Source: the human T2T-CHM13v2.0 reference genome, Homo sapiens
Strand: one strand, 5' to 3'
NCBI RefSeq assembly: GCF_009914755.1
Contig: NC_060929.1
DNA length: 64,000 bases
This document shows, piece by piece, positions 1 to 16,930 of this stretch (positions are counted from its first letter, which is position 1; every line of letters starts with the position of its first letter). The position numbers and the translations under genes were made by a program. The notes under the pieces are model-generated. The model saw only the letters and a list, made by a program, of their open reading frames with translations. It made no database searches and was not told the origin of the DNA.

Positions 1-1294
1 AAATAAAAGTAAACTCACATACTTATTTGTTAAGTAAAACTTTTTAACAAATGTTAAGATGTGCACACTTATTTGCTTGTTTATACCTGTGACTCTAAAA
101 AGAACATGAAGTCGCTGCCCATAAAATCTGTCTCCAGCAAGTACCTTTGGGTCTTTCCCCCCTCTTTCTTTCTAGTTTTACTGCTTTAGTCAACAGATGC
201 CAGGTCCATCAATTGTTAAGAAACTCTAGAGTCCACCTGCAGGAGAGGCAGCAAGGGGAACCACAGAGCCAAGAAAATAAGAAAGCCAAGGAGGAAGGAC
301 CTGGGCTACCCAGGATCTTCAGCCTGGCTCCCTTTTTACAACAGTGATCAGAGAAGCCCTTACTCCAGGCACGGGTCTGAATCCACACAGGTCGGTCAGC
401 CCCGGGCAGGTTCAGGCTATTCAAACTGACCTTTTCCTGGCTTCCGCCTTATCTTGGCTTCATCCCTCCAGATGAGAATGACTTTCAAATGCTATTTCCT
501 GACCTAGTATCATCTTTCAGTCCTAAGAATGTAAATGTAACTGAGTTGTTCTACCCTCAACAAATTGTTTTAGAAACCCCTGGGGAGACATGGAGGAAGG
601 GACTAATCAGAAGCCTCCAGGCACCAGTGGGGAGGGGTGTGTCACCTCTCACATCCTCAGGAGTCTTAGCTTAAGATAAAGATAGAGCTATTTAACTCCA
701 AATCCACTTTTAACCCTGGCTTTTTGAGGAATCCTCTGTATAACTGTCCTAGGATAGGGTCATAGCGGAGTACTTTGTAACAGCCAACAAAGAGGAGAGA
801 GGAAAGATGACGAGGTATTAAAAAAAAAAAAAGACTTGCACCCTAGTATACTATCCATGATGGAATTAAAGTAAGCCTATAAAATTTTGTATCTGACAGA
901 GGCATATAACCCATAGTATTAGTAGATGGCAGCTTAGTTTATTATTTTTATAAAGGCTAAAAACCTCTACAGATTCAATTCCCAAAGTAAAAGCTTACCT
1001 TTTGAAATGATGAAAATTAACAAATATGGCAGATATTTAATACGATAGTAGAAAGTGTATGTGATCAATAAATCAGAAAAAGCAAAGAGAAGGGAGAAGG
1101 GAGACTGGAAAAGAAATAGGGAGATAAAAGAGGAACTGAGAGAGTATACAAAAGTTAAAGAATAATAAAATCCTGGGTGACAAGTTAATTGCATTCACAC
1201 CCTAAGGTATTTCTCATCTGAAGCTTGAGAGGAAAACTTTGGTGGTGCTTCAAGTACCAGTATCATCACAGGAATGTGGTTGCAAAGGGGATTG

Positions 1295-3204
<1,910 letters not shown>

Positions 3205-4347
3205 AAAGGAGGATTGTACTCCTTCTGCACATTCTAAAAAAGCGTGGGATCTGAATCTCATGGAAGATTCCTGTTCTTATGCTGAACATACCACAAGCAT
3301 ACCCTGTACATACAGATGAAGCTGAATCTCTATCCACAGCTTGAGGGTGACTAAGGGAAATACAGTAAACTAAAGTTATGCAATGATAAAGAACTTGTCA
3401 TCCTAAAAGGAGAACCAGTAAATGTCTTAGAACCAAACAAAACATAGGCAAATCCCTGCGTAAAATATTAAAACTCTGAGAATCTTCAGATCTTAAAGTT
3501 ATCTTGCTGAGAAATTATGAACTATACTCCTCGAAGTAGCCACAATACAGCTGAATGAAGCCACTATTATTTACCAAAAAAATATCAAGTAGATGATCTA
3601 AGAAGTCTTTGCAGGTCACATATCTCTGATTGCTGGGATTTCCCCATGATGTATGGGGGGCAACCCCTATAGAGAAAGTGAGCTCATGAAAGCTGCTCAT
3701 TGTTGTTTATAATGCTGTTCCGTGAACATAATTGGAGAGAAGAAAAAATGACTCTGCAACAGTGTCTTAACAGAAAACAAGGCTTAGCTCTCAGGGAAAC
3801 AATCCACGTAATATATTAAGAGAAGGCTTTTCCACTGGGGAATGCCCCCTGGGAAAGCAGATGCAGAGGACCATGACAAGTCTTCATACATATGCAATCA
3901 CTGACTTCTGAGGATCTGATGCCTCTAAATGCCATAAACCCTCTTTCCAGGGCTACAGTTCAGTGCACCACTATAATGAACACAGTACATTAAACATGAA
4001 TATCATCTACTTTATTTTACAAGTCCCTCTGAGTTAGTCCATTATATCATGCCATTTTCAAAATCACAAGAAATTTTTAATTTTCTGCGGAGAATGCAGA
4101 CCACAGACAATCTGTGAGTTCACCTTGTGACAAAAAGAGCACTTTCTTCAAATAAGAGAGTCAGGTCCTGATGTTTTATATTTCATTGGTGTTTTAATGT
4201 ATTATTTGGCCCAGAGATTTATTGGATCCCATGGATCAAAAGTATTCATTAATCATCAAAGTTAAAAGATTTTTAACCTTGTCTACAGAAAAAAAGCATT
4301 TTTACAACAGCATATAATTGTACGTTTCTTCAGTTAACTTCACTGAC

Positions 4348-4438
4348 CTTTTTACTGGTGAAGGTGCAATAATTTTAATTGTTCCTTCATTTTCTCCATT
4401 TTCCATGTTTGCAGTTATCCTACTGATGGTGTTTGATT
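4348..4438 (-). CDS. EPB41L4A: EPB41L4A coding exon (probably exon 13): (E)SNTISRITANMENGENEGTIKIIAPSPVK(S)
   Basis: 91 nt; long polypyrimidine acceptor ccttctcctcctctgctag, donor gtcagt; phase 1 matches the exon at 29099. Confidence 0.93.
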
Positions 4439-5439
4439 CTAGCAGAGGAGGAGAAGGAAAGATGGAAGAGAGAGGAAACAGTGATAAGGAAATGAAAGAA
4501 ACAGAAGACTTATTTTAAAATGCAATTTTAGGGACACTGTGGCACATTTTATTGATAAATTATAACCCCAAATAAATAATGAATCACCCAATAAATTGGA
4601 GGTACTATTTTCTAACGTGTACTAAACCCTCAACATAACAATGTCCTGGGAGTCTAGGCTATTTTTTTCAGACTTTAAAACTAAGTCTCCACATCTTTAG
4701 ATGTTAAAATAACATACACTTTAGACTATTAAAATGATATTCTGAGATATTTAGTACCATATATTAGAATATAAAACATAATGATCAGGTTTTGATGACT
4801 ACTTGTGAAGAAGTTTCTCAGCATATCATGACAGTCCCCATTTGAAATCAAACCAAACAAAAAACTTCAAACCTGAAAATATCCCAACTCATAATGCAGC
4901 TGTCAAAAAAAGAGTAATATACATGTGATCTGTATCACTCACATATAAAAAAAAGACATTTTCAAATGTGTTCTTCATGCAAACATTCCTAAAAATCTGA
5001 AACTGAATTTTTAAAAGTTGTTATTCCATAGATTTGCATACACGCTAGAGGAACCAGCAGAGGGAGCCCATGGCAGACACAATGTTGGAAGTCATGATCG
5101 AAATAAAGATAACTGAAGGGTCTGGGCCCATGTAGGAGGTCAGGCTTCCACTCTCAGGGCAGAGGTAGATAAGCCTGCAGAAGTGAGGTGTGTGGGCTCT
5201 GGGAACAACTCTTCTCCAGTGTGCATGTACCTCACTCAAGGAGGAGGCAGTTTAGATGATCAGGGGAAATCAGCATGCACAGATGCCCACAGGCCCTGTT
5301 CAATTAGGTCTATGTGCCATACAGGTGTGTCTTCCTCGGAGCTACTCCTGCAGGGGTAATAGTTACGGTCCTTCAATCCAATGCATAACGGTCACTAACC
5401 ACCGAGAATGTCATGAAGATGAGTTTGTAACATTAATAA

Positions 5440-5672
5440 GCACTAATATTTATTGAGTACTCACTATGTGTCAGGTACTATTACAAGCGCTTCACATCTA
5501 TTTACTCATGTATCCTCAAAATAATCCTATGAAGTAGATATCAATGTTATCTCATTTTAAAAGATTTAAAAAAAATGGGCCTTTCTCAAGGTCCCACAGC
5601 TCCTGAGTGGTGGGGCAAGCTTTGAAGATGGGCAGTCTGGCTCCACAGACTTAGCTCTGAACCACACACTAC
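5440..5672 (-). mobile_element. MIR
   Basis: Reverse complement of the MIR core and tail (atttattgagtactcactatgtgtcagg...). Confidence 0.75.
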
Positions 5673-5757
5673 TTCCACCTGTGGCCCCACAAGCAGCTCA
5701 AGAGTCAGTCTAGATTAGGAGTCAACTGGGAGAGACAGACTCTTAAAAGGGCAAGTG

Positions 5758-6060
5758 GGCCAGGCGCAGTGGCTCACGCCTGTCATCTCAGCACTTTGGG
5801 AAGCCGAGGCGGGCGGATCACGAGGTCAGGAGTTCAAGACCACTCTGGCCAACAAGGCAAAACCCCATCTCTACTAAAAATATAAAAATTAGCTGGGCAT
5901 GGTGGCGCATGCCTGTAATCCCAGATACTCAGGAGGCTGAGGCAGGAGAATTGCTTGAACTGGGACCCGGGAGGTGGAGGTTGTAGTGAGCTGAGATTGC
6001 GCCACTACACTCCAGCCCTGGCTACAGAGCGAGACTCCGTCTCAAAAAAAAAAAAAAAAC
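5758..6060 (+). mobile_element. AluS (Sg-like)
   Basis: Full dimer with poly-A tail; TSD gcaagtg. Confidence 0.92.
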
Positions 6061-6741
6061 CCACACAGCAAGTGAAAGTGATGTTCAATGAGAAGAACAC
6101 TTCAGAGCAAGGCAAGAGGACAAGACAAGAGAAACACCTGAGCACCCTCAAAGTTGGCAAGTTTCCTCCAGAGCAGTTGGGAAGTATGTCTGGCTTACCC
6201 ATCAGGAAAGATAAACATTAATAAATACACTTTAGACAGAGAAAACAAAGGGTGGTTTCAGATAAGAGTTCCAAAAACTGTTACTCTAAGGCATTTGACA
6301 TGGGATTCCATATCTGAATTGTGTTCCTATTTTGGAATCTTGAAATGAAAAGGTGAGCCTGAAGACACCTGTGGCACAAAAGGTAAGCTCATGCTGGAGC
6401 CACTACCAATAACTGAGCAACATCCAGAAGCCAGGAATAAGAAAAGACTAATGTTAGGGTAAATTCTGCCTGGTGTGATAAATGGAACACAACCAATTAA
6501 TTCCCTGGAACTACTCCACGTGCCATCAAACGTCAGCAGTGGCCAGTCACCATCTTAGTCAATTTTGCCATAACCATGTGACCATTAACAAAATCACAAG
6601 GGCAGATTCTCAAAATTGCAGGCAAAGATTTGGGATGAAGCTGCTTCTCACAGGTAGAACTCCATGTGGTACACGTCTGGGGCAGTGGCAGAAGGGACTA
6701 ATTCATTTAGGTCCTAGACAGTAGGTGTGCCCTACCATTAG

Positions 6742-7079
<338 letters not shown>

Positions 7080-7798
7080 TAATAACCTTTATTTAAATGT
7101 GGTGGTATTCTTAGCAGATATTACTAATATTTAATATAAATGAAAAGGAGCTTCATGTCCTAGGGCTGTTTTCCTAGGCTGGGAGAGGGGGCCACAGCAG
7201 AGAGACCAATACCCAGTGTCAATAACACCAACTGAAAAAAGCTGAGTAAAGGTGAACATCCTGTTAACCAAGGCCCTGAGTAACTAGCTTAAGAAAAGAC
7301 CTAGGTTTGCTCCCACCCTCATTCTCTTTAGACTGACTACTTTTTTCTTAGTCTAACAATCAATTACCTTAGGAAAAGTGCCTAATCACCTTCACCTGTT
7401 TCCCTTCCATCCAAAAATTAACAGAGAAAAACAGAATATTTTTAAAAAGAAAAATTGCAAACTATGTTTATATATTTGCTTAAAGAAAGCAATATTTGGT
7501 TTTTCACAATGTCTGAATCATAATTTTTAAGATGAAGCATTATTTGGATGGTTTTCCAAAAGAATTTCAGGAAAAAAAAATCATGTGAGTGCTTTTTGTC
7601 ACAAACACTCACAACCAGCATAGCCAAACTTTTTCAAAATAAATTGTTCTACTGTCAGGACTAATTTACTAATGTGACAGTGCTATAACTCTCATATACC
7701 CACTGTAGACGAGATAAGGTATAATCAGTAATATGACTTAATTCATGGTTCCTTTATATTCAAAATGGTAATCTACTGTTCACTGTTAACATGTACAG

Positions 7799-8109
7799 TT
7801 TTTTTTTTTGTTTTTTTTTTTTAAGATAGACTCTTGCTCTGTCACCCAGGCTGGAGTGCAGTGGCACGATCTCAGCTCACTGCAACCTCTGCCTCCTGGG
7901 TTCAAGTGATTCCCTTACCTCAGCCTCATGAGTAGCTGGGATTACAGGCGTGCACCACCACGCCCGGCTAATTTTTGTATTTTTAGTAGAGATGGGGTTT
8001 CACCATGTTGGACAGGCTGGTCTCAAACTCCTGGCCTCAGGTTATCTGCCCGCATCACCTCAGCCTCCCAAGGTGCTGGGATAACAGGCATGAGCCACCA
8101 AACCCAGCC
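7799..8109 (-). mobile_element. AluS
   Basis: Full antisense dimer; TSD aacatgtacagt. Confidence 0.92.
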
Positions 8110-8938
8110 AACATGTACAGTCTTTTTATATGAACTAAATATCTCTTCATCTGTACTCCCCTACTCTATAACAAATGTGAACTAGACAAGCCTGGGTTTT
8201 AAAAGCCTTATTAGGAAGACTACATGGGGAAAAACCACTTAGAAGCATTAACTTACTGGGAGCACTTCTGAAGTATCCATTCATATAATAGTCACATGCC
8301 TTCATTAGGCAATATGTTTTAGTTTTATGTCACTAAATATGTAACCTAAAAGCAGTAAATATACTTTCAGAATAATATATTTTAACCACTGTCCAAATTA
8401 GTAAGATTTTACCATACCACCATTTGAGATAGCTAATCAATTCAGTAAAGCTAGGTTATATGTTGGTGATTGAAATCTGCAGAGGTGAGAAATTTAGGTT
8501 ATGCATTATTTAGGTTTACTGACTTTCCATTTTGTTAACATGGACCACTAAATTTTCCTTTTCCTCCCCTCATCATACCACCTTCCAGAATCCCTCCTAC
8601 ATCAGCTCAGACTCGGGCTACAGAGAAAAGTGACCTGACAAATCCATCCCACTAATGGGCTTATGTCTTCATGTATTATGTACCACAGAACAGTTCCATT
8701 TTGAAGATGAGTAAAAGGAAAGACCAAATATTAACTAAAATAATTAACCAATAACAAGGGAATTTCAGGCACTGTTCCAGAAAATATTTGGAGGTTAGAT
8801 AAATCTTTCCCCACCACCACTGCTTTTTCATTTAAATATCAGACATAAGAAAAGGGTATAACATACATATATAAACAGCTTAACAAATAATCATACAGTA
8901 AACCACCACCCACTTCAAGAATTAAAACACAGAGGGCA

Positions 8939-9246
8939 GCCGGGCACGGCGGCTCACGCCTGTAATCCCAGCACTTTGGGAGGCCGAGGCGGGCGGATCA
9001 TGAGGTCAGGAGATCGAGACCATCCTGGCTAAAGCAGTGAAACCCCATCTCTACTAAAAATACAAAAAAAATTTAGCCAGGTGTGGTGGTGGGCACCTGT
9101 AGTCCCAGCTACTCGGGAGGCTGAGGCAGAAGAATGACGTGAACTCAGGAGGCGGAGCTTGCAGTGAGTGGAGATCGCGCCACTGCACTCCAGCCCAGGC
9201 GACAGAGCAAGACTCCATCTCAAAAGGCAAAAACAAAAGAAAAAAA
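8939..9246 (+). mobile_element. AluY
   Basis: AGATCGAGACCATCCTGGCTAA and GAGCTTGCAG diagnostics; TSD aaaacacagagggca. Confidence 0.92.
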
Positions 9247-9923
9247 ACACAGAGGGCAATTTTCCTGCACTTCACAATCATCTCATTTGGGGCAATTCTT
9301 TACTTTCTAGATAAAGTTAAACAGTTGCTTTCTGCCTAAAATATCTGGAAACACAGATTATTCTGTGTTTCATTTCATAAAATATTTGACATATAAAACA
9401 AAATTATTTTTAAATTAAAAACTTCATAAGGCCTCAAAATCTTAATAAAATGAAGGACACATCATTGTGCACCCACATGGCTGCCAGAACAGTGCACCAC
9501 CCATGGTAGGTACTCAATGAATGTCTATTATTAGAAAGGATGTATTTCTGTTTCTACCATTTTTGCCACTAGAGAGGAAAATTCAGGATAATGATCTTTA
9601 TTTAATAAGTGTCAAAAGTAAAACAAAAACTATTAATAGATGTGGTGGTACCTGAGACGCATGTCAAAAGGACATGCGGCAATATACCTTGCAGGACTGG
9701 GCTGCTTCTTAGAATTTTAAAAGGCAGTCTTCTGCAGTAGCACACTGCTGTTTCAATTCACAGCCACAGGTGATCTGCAATCAAGATCAGTTATTGACAT
9801 ATGGCTATTAAGGCTTTGAAGTAAATCTGTATTTTACTTCAAGTAAAAATAATAATAACTCTAGTGAGGCCACTTAGAATTAATCAAGAGTGTCCAATTC
9901 ATTTTACATATTGTTCACATTAA

Positions 9924-10346
<423 letters not shown>

Positions 10347-11435
10347 TCATGGCCTGTGATATTTGTTTCTGGGCTGTTAGACACCACAGCTTAATATGTG
10401 CACACACAATTCCCTGTGGTTTATACAGTACTGAAATGCCAGTGTGCAAAGCTCCAGGGTTTCATTTGTTCGTTTTTAATACACTATATCCAAATACTTC
10501 CATCCTGGTGCATCAGACCACTACCAGTCCTTTGAGTGGTTAGATTCTGTTCACATTTGAGTACCTCCATCTTAAGTGATCCTTGCCTTCAGTTCAGGAA
10601 GTGTGACTGTCAGAAACAGAATGAACTTTCCCAGGATCTATTTAGCTACTTTATTTGGGGGCAATTCTTAAAAGTCATCCCTGTGATGTCAAGATTTGGT
10701 GATGAATATACACGTATTTTCAATTACAAAAATACTTTGCAATTAAATAGGATTACGAGTCTCACAAAATTCATAACTCAATTTGACACCTGTCAACATA
10801 AATCAAATCTTTGATGTTACTTAAATGTTGCCATTCCTTTTAATTTTTAGAGTGAGGGTGAAGGCTGAATGTGTGAAATTAAAATGAAAAAAATGTATTT
10901 GGCAAGCGAGAATACCTTATTCTGATATGTGGGGAAAATAACATACAGCTAAACAAGTAAAACAAGGTTGTGACATACAATTTCTTTTAAAAATTCTCAA
11001 ATATAAATTTATAAACCTTCAGGTTAAATCTTGTCCTACTTAACAATCACATTTTCTTCCCTTAACATAAAAAAAAACTGTATAAAATGCTTAAGACAAA
11101 TAATAAGATTATAGCTATTCTCAACACAGTAAGTTATTAGGTTTCAGTTAACACAATCTGATTTGCATGACCTAACCCAGTTCAACTTATCAAAAGACAT
11201 GATATTTGTGAATTAAGAACTGACCAATAATTGAAAATATATTTTAGCTCTATTTCTCACATTGACAGCTCAAAGTGACTTTGCCTTAATTTCACCAACT
11301 TTAGACTAGGTACTATGGAAAAAATGGCAGTATAGCAAATTAGCAAAATAAAACATTCTTTTTCTATACCACAAATTACGGCCAAATAGCTAAATATTCA
11401 AGAAAACCTTATATAATTTTCCTATCATCATGGAA

Positions 11436-11701
11436 TTTTTTTTTTTTTGAGACAGAGTCTCGCTCAGCCACCCACTCACTGCAACCACAGTCTCCCAGGT
11501 TCAAGCGATTCTACCATCTCAGCCTCCCGAGTAGCTGGGATTACAGGCACCCACCATCATGCCCAGCTAACTTTTGTATTTTAGTAGAGATGGGGTTTCA
11601 CCATGTTGCCCAGGCTGGTCTTGAACTCCTGACCTCAGGTGATCCACCTGCCTCAGCCTCCCAAAATGCTAGAATTACAGGCGTGAGCCACCGCATCCAG
11701 C
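11436..11701 (-). mobile_element. AluS with an internal deletion of about 30 bp in the right arm
   Basis: gccaccca joins directly to ctcactgcaa; TSD tggaa. Confidence 0.88.
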
Positions 11702-11865
11702 TGGAAAATTTTATATTTGGCAAAACAGATGCTCATTAAATTCTATAAAGCAAAAATAAATATTAAAACATAATTTGGAAAATAAAGATGTTTCTGCATC
11801 CAATGGCTAATTGTTTAAGTTCAAACACCTGGCTCATCCCCAAAAGGCAGCCAGATTCCTGCTTA

Positions 11866-12170
<305 letters not shown>

Positions 12171-13599
12171 TGTTTCTGCCTTCTAAAGTTCCAAGAGTGA
12201 TATTTAAGCAGTTGCCTTTTTACTAGATATACATAGACTTTTTAGACACCAATTTTGCTACTGCAAGATCAAAGAAGGCATTCTACTGAAAAGCTGGAGG
12301 GTAGATTATAAGGAATGGGTGTGGAGGAGAAAGATGCTAGGAAAACATGTCTATGCATGAAAGGCCCCCTCCTGAGTTGTTCTGCTTCCAATTTCCTCTT
12401 CCCAGACCCAGTACTCTCCTGGATCCCTCTGCTTTCGTCATTACCAAAATGATAATTTGGGACTGTGAGTGCACATAAAGGCACTTCCTCCTCTGCCCTT
12501 CCCCCAGTGCTACAGAGTGTGTGGAGGAGCTACAGGGTGTGGAGGTACTCACAGAGAGTCCTCCTTGTGGGTCAGAATGCCAGGTTCAAAAACAAGAAAG
12601 GGATTTGTGAGGCTAGGAAGGCATCTGCTCATTCCCTTAGAACTTCAAAGGAGTAGGATGAGAGACTTCTATCTGAAGATTTGTAATCTACACCAGCGTG
12701 GAAAGACTGCCAGATGTGGTAACAGGAGAGGGTGCACATTGTTCCTTCAAGCCCTCTTGGACCCAAAGATAACACCTATCTATGAATGGTCAGCTGGAAT
12801 CAAGAGGTGTCACGAGTCACTTGGATATCAAGTTTTTCTTCCTGTGATACGAGTTTGAGGGAAGAGAGTTGAGTGATCACTCACATCCTTCCCAGTGGTA
12901 CTCCTGGTGCCCTCTCCTCCAATCCTCTATCAGGGCTACACAGCCGACTGACACACACCAAACATTCTCCAGCCATCTCTCAAGCCCCACAATTTATGCT
13001 TGCTTGGTCTAGGGCAGGTGGATAGTTCCATACCTAACCTAAAGCTGGTTCTGTCTCAGAGGAGAGTGCTAGAACACTACTTTTGAGGTTTTTATTTGAT
13101 GCAATTTTAATAGTAAATAAAGTAAATGCAAATATAAACTAAGCATACCTGTATATCAAGATTGTTTTTAAAATGCTTATTTAGCTAAGGCAAAATTGGG
13201 AAGTTTTTTGTCTGCTTCCACGTTTGAGCTCATCTCAAGGACTCTGTAGTGTTTTATTTTACGCAAGCACTCACTAAAAGAATTTTGAAAAACAATGTAC
13301 CTTGTGCTTGTTTCAAAATGATACCTAAAATTTTTCATGAAAAGTTTAAATAGTACCAAAGGATATAATTTGAAGTATAAATATGACATTAAAAACTAGA
13401 ACTGTTTCATGACTCCCTTAAACATATCCAATGTAATAAAATACCATACCGATTCGTTGTGTCATCCATTTTAAAAACATATGAAATGAGTTGTTTAGCA
13501 GTTAATAAATTTCATCACATTCTTTTTTCTCTTTGTGTTTGCATTTCAATTCTACTTCACCTACAAAATTTATCCCTAATATGTTTTGAATTTGAAAGT

Positions 13600-13964
13600 T
13601 GATATGGTTTGGCTGTGTCCCCAACTCAAATCTCATCTTGAATTGTAATCCCCATAATCCCCACGTCGTCGTGGGAGGGAGCCAGTGGGAGGTAACTTAA
13701 TCATGGGGGTGGTTCCCCCATGCTATTCTCGTGATAGTGAGTGAACTCTCACAAGAGCTGATGGTTTTATAAGCGTCTGGCATTTCCCCTGCTGGCACTC
13801 ATTCTCTCTCCTGCCGCCCTGTGAAGACATGCCTTCTGCCATGATTCCAAGTTTCCTGAGGCCTCCCCAGCCAAGTGGAACTGTGAGTCTTTTAAACCTC
13901 TTTTCTTTATAAATTTCCCAGTCTCAGGTATTTCTTCATAGCAATGTGAGAACAAACTAATAAA
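13600..13964 (+). mobile_element. THE1 (C/D-like) solo LTR, MaLR
   Basis: Starts TGATATGGTTTGGCTGTGTCCCC, ends ACTAATA(a)A; 5-bp TSD AAAGT on both sides. Confidence 0.92.
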
Positions 13965-14074
13965 AAAGTTTTTATTATCACCTTATCATACTTCTCTATG
14001 ACAAAATATAAAAATAAAGTGTTTACTTCCCATGACCATAAAGCTCTAAATGTTAAAAATTTCTTCTGAACTAA

Positions 14075-14467
<393 letters not shown>

Positions 14468-15101
14468 TAATGAGGTAAACAGAGGTGGTTTTATTTCCCT
14501 AATGATTACATGTATCAAATCTATTTACAAATGTTATTTTTTGCTAGAATGAAACAGTTTAGCAACAAGTCTATTCCTACTTTTATTTTGATTTTCGATG
14601 CTGTGAACCCATGTTCAAAATAAGTAGAGGTATATGTAATGTATTCTGTTATAAAGACATCACCACTGAGTCAAAGAACTTCTAAGGAGTTAGATATCTA
14701 ACAGTGATATATTATCCAAAATTATTCTGAATGTTCTATCAAGTGACAAATCCGCTGGGTCCTCCTTCAATTTTGTTGCAAGTAAAAATGAGAAAATGAC
14801 TTAGAAAAGGATATGTCACTTGATAATTAGAGTCATTTACCTTCCCAATACCAACCCCAAGAGGTTCAAAGCTTATGGACAAAGCAGTCTAACAGATTCC
14901 AGATGTAGGAAAGGGCTCTTTTCTTTTGCAAAATGGAAGAAGGTCCATTGCAAAAGGGCAGGCTGGACAGAAGAACCAGTATGTATACTACCACAGGAAT
15001 ATGCCTTTTAGAAAAGAGAATCTAGAAATTGATTCAATGAAAACTACCTGTGCCCAAGTACATCTTAGAAAGCCTCTGTGTGTTGCCCTCCCCACCTGAC
15101 T

Positions 15102-15600
15102 CAGATCAGGACATGCTACCCCAAACTATAACACCTTGGCATTTGAGAAAACAGCAGAAGCAAGAAAGCCCCTCTCATCTCCCAACCCTCTGTCATTTTC
15201 TCCTGAAACAGGTCTAAAACCTAGAAGGTAACTCTCTGACCTTCTTCCTCCTTTTTCCCCTGGAATCCCTCATGTGATAGATATCCTGCTTTACCCAGAG
15301 GGAGGGGATATCATACAGGGAAACCAAGAAGAATCCAAACAACCAACCTTTGCTAAGCCCCCCTCCAGGTTATTACCATTAGAATATACCCTTTTGTCCT
15401 CTAGTCATACTTCTGCATGACTGTCCATGAATATACACATATCTCATTTCTTTGGGTCTTCATTTCTAAAGGCTCTCATGTATATAAAACTTATATTAAA
15501 CAAAGTTGTACACTTTTCTCTTGTTAATCTTTTGTTATGGGGACCTCAGCCATGAACCTAGTGATAAGTGAGGAAGCTACTACTTTTTCTCCCCTATACA
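15102..15600 (+). mobile_element. MER34/MER39-like ERV1 LTR
   Basis: GATCAGGACATGCTACCCCAAA start motif, ATTAAA signal, ends TTCTCCCCTATACA. Confidence 0.7.
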
Positions 15601-15809
15601 ATCCACCCTAGCAGTTGCATACACGAGCCTGAAATCTACTGCCTTAATTCACCTGTCCATTAAAACCCCCTTCTTTTGCAATAGCATCATGGACTGCCTC
15701 TAGCCATAAGCAAATTATCCTTCCGGACACTTAGAACTCTGTCAGTGCTCCACTCTATGCCACTTGATATGTCCTGCCTGCATTCCAGCATTGCTTCTCT
15801 AGTCTTGCA

Positions 15810-16070
15810 AAGCAGCTGGTTAAGTGTACAAGGTTGAAAGTCCAACAAACTTAGATTTATTTCTCAGCTCTGCCAGTTTACCCATTGTAAATTGATCCTG
15901 TGATCTTGGACAAGTTATTAAACTACTTTGGGCCACAGTTTTCTCCTGTGTAAAATGGGAACACCACTAACTACTTATATAGTGCACAGCTGGATTAAAT
16001 TAGACAATTTATATAAAGCCTTTAGCACTGTGTTTGGAATTTAGTAAGTGCTAAATAACTGACGGCTGTG
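15810..16070 (+). mobile_element. MIR, followed by an L2 3' end to ~16185
   Basis: MIR core gtgatcttggacaagttattaa...tgtaaaatggga. Confidence 0.75.
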
Positions 16071-16779
16071 TTATTTGTATATGACTTAGTTCCTACAGAT
16101 TAGGGGCCAAGCTTTATTCCATTTTCTGTGCTCTATAAAATAGGGTCTTATGCCAAAGAGGTGCCCAATAAATTCTTGTTGAATAAGAAGAAAAAGAAAA
16201 AAGGTGTCATTTATGGTAACTCACTAAAGCTGTGATTTTAACTTGAATATATAATAGCCCTTTCATTTTGCTTGCTTTTCTAATTTTCGTAGCTATGTTT
16301 GGAATGCTAAACACTCCCAAGAAGACTGAAAACATTAACTTTTTAGAGAAAATCTAACCAGACTCGCCATACATTAATAAATCTTTTACAGATGGAAAAT
16401 AAGCCTAAGTTTCAAGGCAGAATAGAAAAGGATGCCAACAAAGGCTAACAGCCTGCAACAAACATACACCTGACTATATGGTCTACCTAATGCTCCTTGC
16501 AATTAACAGTTACTGCCTTTCCCCCTCTCTCTTGGCTAGGTAAGATGCCCCAAAGAACTTATACATTTTCTTCTAAAAATGGCTTAAAGTAAAAGTAGGC
16601 TGACTCTGACTATAAATGAGCAGAATGTATGGTCTTCTCAAGAATATTTGTTGAAAACAAGTTAGAGCTACTGAAGAAATCACACATGGGGAAAAAACAG
16701 AAGTTGTATATTTTCAAATCATTCTAGACCTTTCACCTTTCTTAACTTCCATTTACTTTCCAAGCATGTACCATAGTAT

Positions 16780-16930
16780 CCCAAAGACCTGGGTTAGGAT
16801 CCTGGCTTTGCGCTTACTGCCTGTGTAATCTCAAACAAGTACTTAATGTTTCCATGCCTCAGTTTCCTCATCAGTAAGATGAGACTACCACCCATCTTTC
16901 TCATGGGGATACTGAAAGGGTTATACCCAG
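16780..16930 (+). mobile_element. MIR fragment
   Basis: gcctcagtttcctcatcagtaagatg core. Confidence 0.7.

Noticed and set aside
5045-5400. Unexplained moderately GC-rich block with short ORFs
   Set aside because: No splice, poly-A/TSD or homology evidence for an exon or pseudogene
9657-9679. GCATGTC-aaaag-GACATGC palindrome resembling a p53 site
   Set aside because: Four flank mismatches and a 3-bp spacer; expected by chance
12330-13080. GC-richer island with a 129-aa ORF (12469..12858)
   Set aside because: No protein similarity recognised; probably a decayed ancient LTR, but I cannot assign it without a Dfam search
13080-13595. AT-rich segment resembling an old hAT transposon interior
   Set aside because: No termini recognised; too uncertain to call
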